NCBI GenBank assembly: GCA_002269645.1
Contig: NIVC01001789.1
Location: forward strand, 124,001-188,000
Reading direction: 5' to 3'
Length of the DNA stretch: 64,000 bases
Origin: Macrostomum lignano
Taxonomy: Eukaryota
Shown: piece by piece, positions 53,296 through 64,000 of the stretch
Position numbering within the stretch: the stretch's first letter is position 1
How the letters are laid out: each line of letters starts with the position of its first letter
The notes under the pieces: model-generated
The model's database searches: none
Seen by the model: the letters and a program-made list of their open reading frames with translations, nothing else
Told to the model about the DNA's origin: nothing
Program-made: the position numbers and the translations under genes

Positions 53296-53784
53296 GCGCA
53301 CATAAATAGCATAGATAGCATAGATAGCATAGATAGCATAGATAGCATAGATATCGCATATCCGGTTTAGGCATCTGGATGATGCAAATATCCGACTAGC
53401 ACAGGTTCAGAACAGGTCTTCCTTAATTTTCGTTGTTTCAATCTACTCAAAATAGACCTCAAATTGGAATTTTCTTATTTCCTATTCAGTATTTTTCGCT
53501 TCTCAATTAGGAAGCCAAATTGAATCGATGGCTGCTTAGGAAAGGGTTATGATCTCCTCAATCGGGGGTAATTCACGGACACAAGATGTGAGGCTAAAAA
53601 CAGGTGAAACAGTGAATAAATTTTTTTTATTTTTTTTGCTTCCCGAAGATCATGACTCATCGTCAATCATGGCCAGGCGTGTTGGAAAATCTTTATCAAA
53701 ATAATTTGCCAGATTTACATTGCTAGCGAAAGAAGTATCAACAGATTAGGGAGAGAGATTTAAAATCAGTTCAAGTAGAGTTTG

Positions 53785-54135
53785 AGAAGTAGAGTGAGGA
53801 GAGAAGTAGAGCGGGGATAGAAGTAGAGTGGGGAGAGAAGTAGAGCGGAGAGAAGTAGAGCGGGGAGAGAAATAGAGCGGGGAGAGAAGTAGAGCGGGGA
53901 GAGAAGTAGAGCGGAGAGAAGTAGAGCGGAGAGAAATAGAGCGGGGAGAGAAGTAGAGCGGAGAGAAGTAGAGCGGGGAGAGAAATAGAGCGGGGAGAGA
54001 AGTAGAGCGGGGAGAGAAATAGAGCGGGGAGAGAAGTAGAGCGGGGAGAGAAGTAGAGCAGGGAGAGAAGTAGAGCGGGGAGAGAAGTAGAGCGGGGAGA
54101 GAAGTAGAGCGGGGAGAGCAGTAGAGTGGGGAGAG
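53785..54135. repeat. 17-19 nt minisatellite gagaagtagagcgg(gga)
   Basis: Seen directly. Confidence 0.92.
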
Positions 54136-54933
54136 AGAGCAACAAGGCAACATCTGACATCAGAGTGGCATCTCAAATTCATCGGCCTCGCTATCCAAAT
54201 TTTGCCCAATTAGTTCTCTTAACATTCACCAAGCGCGTCTCTGTACCGCATCAGGAAATGTAGAAGCATTTGCTGTGTCTGGGGAATTGCCCTGGGATTC
54301 CCAGGCGTTCAGTTTGTGGAGCATGAGGCTAATTTGAACGGAGGTTCAAATTAGCCTCATGCCCTCCTGGGACAAGTTTATTCAAAACGGTTTTGAAGAC
54401 GATTCTGACACTTTCTTGGACCAGTTTGGCTTCAGTTGAGTTTTGTAGTTAACCTTTTAATTTTCATCAATTTTTTAGCAAATTTGAATATCGTGTAATT
54501 TTCGATTTCAAATTGTAAACGAACAAGCGCCTGCCATCGAGAGAAAACTTTATTGAGACTCCAGGCTATCCCAAATAAATTTTGCAGCTTATTTCTCCTT
54601 CCGTACTACACTACTGCCGGTGTCTGTCAGTAGTGTGTAAAACATTTTTTGTCTGTGTCAATTCTGCCCATTCCGCTGACTCCTGAGCCATAAATTAATT
54701 CGGCCGCGCTCTGTCCACGCCATATTAAGCTTTTCTTCTCTAACTTATGAGAATTCCGCATCGCTAGAGGCTGGCTCAAAACAGTTTCAGAACCGCGGAT
54801 AGTCTATGGTAGTTATTGGTGACTAAGAACGATGTAGCACTCTCGTTCGACTGAGCTTCAAGATCCGTAGTTAGGGTTTGTTTTATTTTTATGTGGTCCA
54901 TAAGTTTCTAGCAACTTCTCGCCGAGCTCACCA

Positions 54934-55975
54934 ATGAATCCGACTTCGCCCAGATCGAAATCATTGGCACGCGGCGCCCTACCACAGAAGCGGCCACAGT
55001 CTGGTCAAGCTTCCGTGACGTCATCTCCAGCCAGAAACTCGCCATCAATGGTTGCTGCTAGGCCAGTCGGAATTGGCAGCGTTCAGAAGTCGGCGGGCTC
55101 GCCCGGAGTACGAGATCTGCGAAGGTGAGCTGGGCTTTGCAGACTGCACTGCAGTGCACTGTAATGCAGTACTAGTTAAACTGAGTATGTCATGAGTTCG
55201 CAAAACCTCCGGGTCCGCAGGCGAGCGTTGCAGAACTTCAAGCTGGGCAAAAGTCGAGCTCCAGTTCCAGTTGCCCCGGCTGCAGTTGCACCTGCTGATG
55301 ACTCGGCTGCTAGTGCAGGTCGTACCGGAAGCGAGACCGTTGGCTTGAATGATGAGGTAACTAACTATAAGATAGTGGGCTGGCTCAACGGACTAACGTA
55401 GCTTAGTTAAAAGGACATCCACATGTAGCTCGTAAAGGTTAATTGTTAAGTCAATAGGTACTTTACTTTGGTTGGATAGTTTGTTGGTGAACAAGACGAA
55501 TATTATTGAGAACTTCTGCTCCTATGAACAGAGGACTTGATTGGCATGGCTTGACTCCGTTCTCCGTCGCAAAAGACTCTGTTAGACAGACTCAATACGG
55601 TCTGATGCTGCTAAGAGCGAAGCGTCCTCGTCTGTACACTTCAGTCCTAAGATACCTACGTGTCTCCGTGTTGTTCTTTTCTATCTTTTCTCCGTGCCAA
55701 TTGTAGAAAGAGCAGCAACAGCAGCAGCCAAACGATTCGGCAATCTTCTGGCACGAGATGAGTCGAACGTCCGAAATGCTCACCAGCGCCCTCGAAGACG
55801 AGACCAGACGAATGCGGGCTGGCAGTGGAAATGAGGATCGCCAGACTGGTGGCTCGATGGCAACCGTTGTGGAATTGCGTAATCTTCTGAGCGAAGTGGA
55901 AAAACTAAAGCAGATCCAGCGACAGCGACAGCAGCAGCAACAACAACAAAAACCACCACCACCACCACAACAACC

Positions 55976-56012
<37 letters not shown>

Positions 56013-59000
56013 CCACAAACGCAACAACAAAAACAACAACCACAGCAGCAGCATCAGGAGGACGAGCAGCAGCAGCTAAAACAGTTTCTAAATCTAACTA
56101 CCGATAGTCAGCATGTTGTTTCAGTTGAGATCAATCGAATCCTTCGAGTACTTGACGCTTTACAACGCCGAGGCCTTCAGCACCACGTTGCATTGTCCGC
56201 CGCAGAAATACTCAGCCTACGCGACTCAATTCGTCGAATGAATCCGTCAGCGTTGAGCTGCGCGGACATCGAACTGCTGTCTAACGCTCGAGAGCTTGTC
56301 GCTTGCGTTGGTGGAAAGCTGGCCGAGCAGCTGCGCCAGCGACAGCAGCAGCAGCCGCAGCAAAAACAGAAGCAGCACCAGCACCAGCAGCAGGCTTCCG
56401 TCAGGTTAGTCTTCAGTTGAGTTTTAAAACTTTTAGCTATAGCTTCATCAAACAGGAGGTTGTAGCCCAGTGGCTAGAGCGTCGGACTCACCAATTGAAG
56501 GTCGGGGGTTCGACTCCCGATCTCACTGGAACAATTTGTGTCCTTGAGCAAGACACTTAACTCTGCATTGCTTCAGTTCACCCAGCTGTAAAATGGGTGC
56601 CAGCATTAGCTGGGGTGATTGACTGTGCGTGTGGCGACCCCCGTCCTTGGACTGAACAGCCGTACGCAGCCTTCAGATGCGCCGCGCAATAGCTGCGGCT
56701 GAGCTGTCGGTTTCACACCTGCCCCAATTGAGGGCAGGTGTAATCAATTAGTTTTATTCATTATTCATCAGAAAAGTCCGAGCGGATGTCAGAGAAAGGC
56801 AGTTGAAAATATTCATGCTCCACTATGGTTGCGATGCTCGCGCCACAAACATCCAGGTCTCTCGATCGTCTGCCCCAGATGGAGGCACGGCAGCAGCAGC
56901 AAGCGGTCGAACCTGCTTCAGCCAATACACCAGCTCAAGGCCAACTATCAAGCCAAATCGAATCAGTCATTGAGGGGCTACGCCAGCTCAACACAACAAC
57001 GGATCATCCAAGTGATCGACCGTTCAAAAACGGAGAAGTTCAAGGCCTGATCCGCGATCTGAGAACAGTCACGGCGGACAATGCAACCGAGGTTGACCGG
57101 CTGCTCATTCAGCAGCTGGGCGAGAAAATCCGCAGCGTCCGAGAGCAGTCGGCAGAGAATCGAGTAGCCGACACGGCCGAGTCTGGTCCCGACAAGCACC
57201 GGGTTCAGAATTTGAAAATTGCTGACGAGTTGCAGTTGTGGGAGCAGACACCTGCTGGACAGCAGCAGTCGCTTACGGAGCAGCCTGAGGCGGCAACTCC
57301 GGCCAAGTCGGAGTCGGCGGCGACAAACGCGCACTCGTCTCAGGTGTCGCCGACCAACGACAAGTCGGCAAAGGCGGTGCGTTTGAAGAATACTGATGAG
57401 GCGGTACAGCAGCAGGAGCAGCGGCGGCCCCAGGCACTGCGCTCGTGCCTCAAGCCGGTCAGCTGGAAGCCCGCAACCGAGTCGCAAACAGTAAAAAACG
57501 ACAACGAATCGCGTCCTAGCAGAGGCCGTGAGTTTTGGTCGGGAATGCGGCATCTTTTTCATTTTGTTTTTGCCTCTCTATATTGCAGACTGTGCATGCC
57601 TGACCATGGTAGACAGATTTTATGGTGGGGAGACAAAGCCAACAATTCAACATGTACATGCCAAAATTCCTACATTTCCATTATTTTGAGAATCGTGTTG
57701 TCAGCGCTCGCTTTGACGCTACAGGCACTCATTTTAGCGCCACAGGCACTCATTTTGGTGCCGCAGGCACTCATTTTAGCGCCACAGGCACTCATTTTAG
57801 CGCCACAGGCACTCATTTTAGCGCCACAGGCACTCATTTTAGCGCCACAGGCACTCATTTTAGCGCCGCAGGCACTCATTTTAGCGCTGCAGGCACTCAT
57901 TTTGGTGCCGCAGGCACTCATTTTAGCGCTGCAGGCACTCATTTTGGTGCCGCAGGCACTCATTTTGGTGCCGCAGGCACTCATTTTGGTGCCGCAGGCA
58001 CTCATTTTTAGCGCCGCAGGCATTAATTTTGGCGCCGAAGGCGCTATATTTCGGCGACCTGAAGAAAAATTATTAATTACCACAACGGTTCACAAGGTTG
58101 TGAACCGTTTTTTACTGTTTGCGCATTGGCATGTCCCCCCATAGCTTTTACCGAAGGGGACATGTCCCCCCATAGCTTTTACCGAAGGGGACATGTCCCC
58201 CCATAGCTTTTACCGAAGGGGACATGTCCCCCCATAGCTTTTACCGAAGTGGACATGTCCCCCCATAGCTTTTACCGAAGGGGACATGTCCCCCCATAGC
58301 TTTTACCGAAGTGGACATGTCCCCCCATAGCTTTTACCGAAGGGGACATGTCCCCCCATAGCTTTTACCGAAGGGGACATGTCCCCCATAGCTTTTACCG
58401 AAGGGGACATGTCCCCCCATAGCTTTTACCGAAGGGGACATGTCCCCCCATAGCTTTTACCGAAGGGGACATGTCCCCCCATAGCTTTTACCGAAGGGGA
58501 CATGTCCCCCATGGCTTTTACCGAAGTGGACATGTCCCCCCATAGCTTTTACCGAAGGGGACATGTCCCCCTGACCCCCCGCGATGGCGACGCGCCGATG
58601 GTAAAGTCAGACGCAGTTAACCCAAACAAACAACATCTGCCCTAGCTAGAGATAAAAGCAGGAAAAAGATTAGCGAACTACCAACAAAAATACTGCCGAT
58701 ATGACTAAAACAGACTGGGTGCAAAATGGAACAACGGGTGTTGGGAAGATGCGCCTCAAATACGGGAGACGAAGTCAATGCAGATAAAGAGAGCTATATA
58801 GGAAAGCATTGGATGAGGCTTATCGCATGCTACACTTATCAAGTAATACTTGTTTGCATATACTCTCCAAGGCTCAGCCCTGCCACTTTGTATGTAGCAT
58901 CGCATTCAGTTCCTCTCAGACAGGCCTCGCCACTTTTCCTACGGGACAGCAACTGCTGACTGCGAATATTTTATCCCATATTTTATTGCCTTCCCCCTTT

Positions 59001-60347
59001 ATAGGCAAAGATCGGGGGGGAGGGGTGGCGGCATAATAATTATGTGGAATTTTATACGCTTCACCAATGAAGAAAAGTTTACGGACTAGCTCTCCAGAAC
59101 ATGCGGCTGGCGATGCTGTCTGGCTGTCCCAAATTTAATGTGCCTTACTCGATCTGTCTACTAAATCCAGTGTAATTCAATCCATTAACTTTGCTTATCC
59201 TGACCCACGAGGGAGGCGATTCTCATCATCATCAGTGAGTTGAGGGCGATTCTCATCATCATCAGTGAGTTGAGGGCGATTCTCATCATCATCACTGAGT
59301 TGAGGGCGATTCTCATCACGGAGTTGAGGGCGATTCTCATCACTGAGTTGAGGGCGATTCTCATCACTTAGTTAAGTGAGCATTCAAGGCTCGTTCACAG
59401 CAGCGCTCACCTGCTCAAAAGGCAAAAATCCGAGTATCCTAACGGCATCGCTAACGAAGCCTTGTCAACCACCGACCGCCCACTCTCATTGGCGCACAAC
59501 CGCAGGCTCTGTACTCAGAGGCTTCATCAAACGACTCGGCGGCAAAAGCGGCAGCCGGGGTCGCCGAAGAAGCAGCAGTGCCGGCAGCGGCAGCGGCGCT
59601 CGATCGCAGAGCGCCGTCGGCCGAGTTTTCAAAGCGCTCTTCGGCGGCGGCGGCGGCGGCGGCGCCAGCGGCAAGCACCGACGCCGATCCGCCGGCGCCG
59701 CTAAGAGTCGTCGCCATCGCCGGCATCGACGGAGTCGCGGCGCCGGTCGCAGCCGCAGCAGGCATCCGCGGAGGAAAATCCGCAGTCGCAGTAGCAGCAG
59801 CACTAGGAGCAGCAACAGCAGCAGCAGCAGCATAAGCAGCAGCGATAGCGACATCGACAGCAGACGCAAGCGCAGGCGCCATCGGCGACACAGGCGCCGG
59901 TGTCGACACCAGACAGCGCGCCAGCGACGCAGAAGCAGCAGCCGGAATCATCGAGTATCGGCTGACAACGGCGAAGGAGTCGGCGAAGGAGGCGGTGGCG
60001 GCGGCAGGGGAGATGATTCCTCCGACTGCTCCTACAGCACCGGCTCGCAGTCATCAATGGCTTCGTCTGCATCATCGTCGACAACATCTTCTGAGGCTGC
60101 TCGCATCTCCGCCGCCAAGCTGGAGCCGATGGATCTGATGGACATCCGTGAGACCCTGCTGCGGCTCACCAACTATTGGGAGTGCCAGAAGTGGAGGAAC
60201 AGCGCCCGAGACAGCGGTGGCAGCGGCGCTGGTGGTAAACAAGGAGGCGGCCGTCAACCAGACGACGATTTGAACAGTCTGGACAGTCGGCTAGCAGCGG
60301 CGGTGGTGCGGATGCACGGCCTGGACAAGCCAAAGACAGAGAAATGA
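54934..60347 (+). CDS. Uncharacterised polyQ, Ser/Arg/His-rich protein. Exons 54934..55124, 55221..55356, 55707..56404, 56857..57527, 59506..60347 (about 845 aa; the N-terminus may extend upstream)
   Basis: Four GT-AG introns (phases 2,0,2,1) join five open segments without a stop; GC-rich coding-like composition; no domain recognised. Confidence 0.7.
56455..56770 (+). mobile_element. Full-length tRNA-derived SINE in intron 3 of the uncharacterised gene
   Basis: A box tagcccagtgg, B box ggttcgactcc; central gtgtccttgagcaagacacttaac...cacccagctgtaaaatggg (Deu/Nin-type SINE core); 3' hairpin acacctgccc/gggcaggtgt; (tta/ttca) tail. Confidence 0.85.
57720..58020. repeat. 21-nt minisatellite ggcactcattttagcgccaca
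   Basis: About 14 units; reverse complement of the unit at ~2390-2460. Confidence 0.93.
58130..58570. repeat. 31-nt minisatellite catgtccccccatagcttttaccgaagggga
   Basis: About 14 units; junctions form the palindrome ggggacatgtcccc. Confidence 0.95.
59213..59370. repeat. Short minisatellite gagggcgattctc(atc)n...gagtt (GAGAATCGCCC core on the minus strand)
   Basis: About 5-6 units of shrinking length. Confidence 0.9.
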
Positions 60348-60444
60348 CTCACCGCTGATGCAATGAAGACTGCGGCACCGCTAAGCCAGTTTCATACGGC
60401 TGCTGGCCTCAGTTGATTCACGAGATTTTCTTGCCTATTTGCAA

Positions 60445-63400
60445 GTTTTAGCGACGTTGTCTCCTCTTCCCTCCTTTCCTCTTCCCTCCTTTCCTCTCCT
60501 TTCCTCTTCCCTCCTTTCCTCTCCTCTCCTCTTCCCTCCTTTCCTCTCCTCTCCTCTCCTCTCCTCGCCTCTCTTCTCCTCTCCTCTCTTCTCCTCTCCT
60601 CTCCTCTCCTCGCCTCTCTTCTCCTCTCCTCTCTTCTCCTTCCTGTCCTCTTCTCTCCTCTCCTCTCCTCTCCTCTCCTCTCCTGTCCTCCTCTCTTCTC
60701 CTCACCTCACCTCTCCTTCCTGTCCTCTCCTCTCCTCTCCTCTCCTCTCTTCTCCTCTCCTCTCCTCTCTCTCTCCTCTCCTCTCTTCTCCTCTCCTCTC
60801 CTCTCCTCTCCTCTCCTCTCCTCTCCTCTCCTCTCCTATTTCCTCTCCTCTCCTCTCCTCTCCTCTCCTCTCCTCTCCTCTCCTCTCCTCTCCTCTCCTC
60901 TCCTCTCCTCTCCTCTCCTCTCCTCTCCTCTCCTCTCTCTCCTCTCCTCTCCTCTCCTCTCCTGTCCTCTTCTCTCATTCCTCTCTTCTCCTTCCTGTCC
61001 TCTCCTCTCCTCTCCTCTCCTCTCCTCTCCTCTCCTCTCCTCTCCTCTTCCCTCCTTTCCTCTCCTCTCCTCTCCTCTCCTCTCCTCGCCTCTCTTCTCC
61101 TCTCCTCTCTTCTCCTTCCTGTCCTCTTCTCTCCTCTCCTCTCCTCTCCTCTCCTCTCCTGTCCTCCTCTCTTCTCCTCACCTCACCTCTCCTTCCTGTC
61201 CTCTCCTCTCCTCTCCTCTCCTCTCCTCTCCTGTCCTCCTCTCTTCTCCTCTCCTCTCCTCCTCTCCTCTCCTCTCCTCTCCTCTCCTCTCTTCTCCTCT
61301 CCTCTCCTCTCCTCTCCTCTCCTCTTCTCTCTCTCCTCTCCTCTCCTCTCCTCTCCTCTCCTCTCCTCTCCTCTCCTCTCCTATTTCCTCTCCTCTCCTC
61401 TCCTCTCCTCTCCTCTCCTCTCTCTCTCCTCTCCTCTCCTCTCCTCTCCTCTCCTCTCCTCTCTCTCTCTCTCTCCTCTCCTCTCCTCTCCTCTCCTATT
61501 TCCTCTCCTCTCCTCTCCTCTCCTCTCCTCTCCTCTCCTCTCCTCTCTTCTCCTCTCCTCTCCTCTCCTCTCCTATTCTCTTCTCTCCCTCATCTCCTCT
61601 CCTCTCCTCTCCTCTCCTCTCCTCTCCTGTCCTCTCTCTCATTCCTCTCCTCTCCTCTCCTCTCCTCTCCTCTCCTCTCTCCTCTCCTCTCCTCTCCTCT
61701 CTCTCTCTCCTCCTCTCTCTCTCCTCTCCTCTCCTCTCCTCTCCTCTCCTCTCCTCTCCTCTCCTCTCCTCTCCTATTTCCTCTCCTCTCCTCTCCTCTC
61801 CTCTCATTCCTCTCCTCTCCTCTCCTCTCCTCTCCTCTCCTCTCCTCCTCTCCTCTCCTCTCCTCTCCTCTCCTCTCCTCTCCTCTCCTCTCCTCTCCTC
61901 TCCTCTCCTCTCTTCTTCTGGATTCCACAGGCATTAGGCTTGTCAAAGGACTGAGATGTGCATACCATAGTTAACAGCCACTTTTCCTTACATTTCAAGC
62001 TTCTCAGTTCTTGAGATTTCCGTTGCATTAGATGTAGAGATCCCAGCCCCTTAGACAGTAAGTAACCTTTTTCTCGTTTGGTTAAAAATCTGCTTTGCTG
62101 ATTTCGCATTTATTATTGCTCTGTGTTGTGCCTTTATAAGTGTCTTTTTTGTTTTAAAGCACATGGTAGTGAAACACGCGTTCAGTACTGTGCAGAAGTT
62201 CACAAAATATATTCTTTTAATAAGCAGATAGGGCTGCAATATGAGGCTATAAATCTAGGATGATATTATACATAAGATTTATTGTCAAACTTGCATCACA
62301 ATATAAATTTGGTAAATCTTAAATGTACGTTTGTTGTGAAGCTGATATTTTTTACCATTTTCAATTGGTACGTCCATAAGATTTTTGGTCATTGAGCTAG
62401 CACTTCTCTGCTCTCCTCTCCTCTCCTCTCCTCTCCTATTCTCTTCTCTCCCTCATCTCCTCTCCTCTCCTCTCCTCTCCTCTCTTCTCCTCTCCTCTCC
62501 TCTCCTCTCCTCTCCTCTCCTCTCCTCTCCTCTCCTCTCCTATTTCCTCTCCTCTCCTCTTCTCTCATTCCTCTCTTCTCCTTCCTGTCCTCTCCTCTCC
62601 TCTCCTCTCTTCTCCTCTCCTCTCCTCTCCTCTCCTCTCCTCTCCTCTCCACTCTTCTCCTCTCCTCTCCTCTCCTCTCCTCTCCTCTCCTATTTCCTCT
62701 CCTCTCCTCTCCTCTCCTCTCCTCTCCTCTCCTCTCCTGTCCTCTTCTCTCATTCCTCTCTTCTCCTTCCTGTCCTCTCCTCTCCTCTCCTCTCCTCTCC
62801 TCTCCTCTCCTCTCCTCTCCTCTTCCCTCCTTTCCTCTCCTCTCCTCTCCTCTCCTCTCCTCGCCTCTCTTCTCCTCTCCTCTCTTCTCCTTCCTGTCCT
62901 CTTCTCTCCTCTCCTCTCCTCTCCTCTCCTCTCCTGTCCTCCTCTCTTCTCCTCACCTCACCTCTCCTTCCTGTCCTCTCCTCTCCTCTCCTCTCCTCTC
63001 CTGTCCTCCTCTCTTCTCCTCTCCTCTCCTCTCCTCTCCTCTCCTCTCCTCTCCTCTCCTCTCCTCTCCTCTCCTCTCCTCGCCTCTCTTCTCCTCTCCT
63101 CTCCTCTCCTCTCCTCTCCTCTCCTGTCCTCTTCTCTCATTCCTCTCTTCTCCTTCCTGTCCTCTCCTCTCCTCTCCTCTCTTCTCCTCTCCTCTCCTCT
63201 CCTCTCCTCTTCTCTCCTCTCCACTCTTCTCCTCTCCTCTCCTCTCCTCTCCTCTCCTCTCCTCTCCTATTTCCTCTCCTCTCCTCTCCTCTCCTCTCCT
63301 CTCCTCTCCTCTCCTGTCCTCTTCTCTCATTCCTCTCTTCTCCTTCCTGTCCTCTCCTCTCCTCTCCTCTCCTCTCCTCTCCTCTCCTCTCCTCTCCTCT

Positions 63401-64000
63401 TCCCTCCTTTCCTCTCCTCTCCTCTCCTCTCCTCTCCTCGCCTCTCTTCTCCTCTCCTCTCTTCTCCTTCCTGTCCTCTTCTCTCCTCTCCTCTCCTCTC
63501 CTCTCCTCTCCTGTCCTCCTCTCTTCTCCTCACCTCACCTCTCCTTCCTGTCCTCTCCTCTCCTCTCCTCTCCTCTCCTCTCCTGTCCTCCTCTCTTCTC
63601 CTCTCCTCTCCTCTCCTCTCCTCTCCTCTCCTCTCTTCTCCTCTCTTCTCCTCTCCTCTCCTCTCCTCTCCTCTCCTCTCCTCTCTTCTCCTCTCCTCTC
63701 TCCTCTCCTCTCCTCTCCTCTCCTCTCCTCTCCTCTCCTCTCCTCTCCTCTCCTCTCCTCTCCTCTCCTCTCCTCTCCTCTCCTCTTCTCTTCTCTCTCT
63801 CCTCTCCTCTCCTCTCCTCTCCTCTCCTCTCCTCTCCTCTCCTCTCCTCTCCTCTCCTCTCCTCTCCTCTCCTCTCCTCTCCTCTCCTCTCCTCTCATCT
63901 CCTCTCCTCTCCTCTCCTCTCCTCTCCTATTCTCTTCTCTCCCTCATCTCCTCTCCTCTCCTCTCCTCTCCTCTGCTCTCCTGTCCTCTTCTCTCATTCC
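60445..64000. repeat. (CTCTC)n-based polypyrimidine satellite, interrupted by a unique island at ~61915-62400; runs off the window
   Basis: Seen directly. Confidence 0.97.

Noticed and set aside
49891-53374. 400-620 aa HTLP/SPTL and ESAPIL-repeat ORFs
   Set aside because: They are open in several frames on both strands because the repeat units lack stops; there is no splice or codon evidence.
56455-56530. tRNA gene
   Set aside because: A and B boxes are present, but I could not build a clean acceptor stem or anticodon arm, and the sequence continues into a SINE core and tail.
57528-58144. C-terminal ALILAPQ-repeat extension of ORF 56825..58144
   Set aside because: It lies after a consensus donor (C|gtgagt at 57527) and is the translation of the 21-nt intronic array.
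20490-58570. Regularly spaced repeats as CRISPR arrays
   Set aside because: Units are head-to-tail with no unique spacers, there are no cas genes, and the context is eukaryotic introns.
60439-63898. LLSSP / EERRG repeat ORFs
   Set aside because: They are pure (CTCTC)n translations.

Overview
Eukaryotic (animal) genomic DNA: GT-AG spliced genes with GC-rich exons and introns packed with minisatellites. The style suggests a flatworm such as Macrostomum, but that is inference only. Left end: three tandem minus-strand GT32/DXD glycosyltransferase paralogs (SUR1/OCH1-like), interleaved with a hAT MITE, a 5'-truncated Penelope-like retroelement ending in a hammerhead ribozyme, a P-element-like remnant and a probable solo LTR. 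12-19.7 kb: decayed, partly CpG-depleted transposon debris. Plus strand from 19.9 kb: RIOK1 (4 exons), ASCC3 helicase (11 exons), Lhx1/5 LIM-homeobox (6 exons) and an unrecognised 5-exon polyQ/RS-rich gene, then a long (CTCTC)n tract. All exon structures were built by hand from splice consensus and frame continuity. Most long ORFs in the supplied track are artefacts of tandem repeats. No CRISPR, rRNA or bona fide tRNA was seen. Most notable: an apparent gene-conversion tract confined to the GT32 catalytic core, the PLE hammerhead with an inverted partial copy, and the near-universal filling of introns by arrays, several sharing a GAATCGCCC core.
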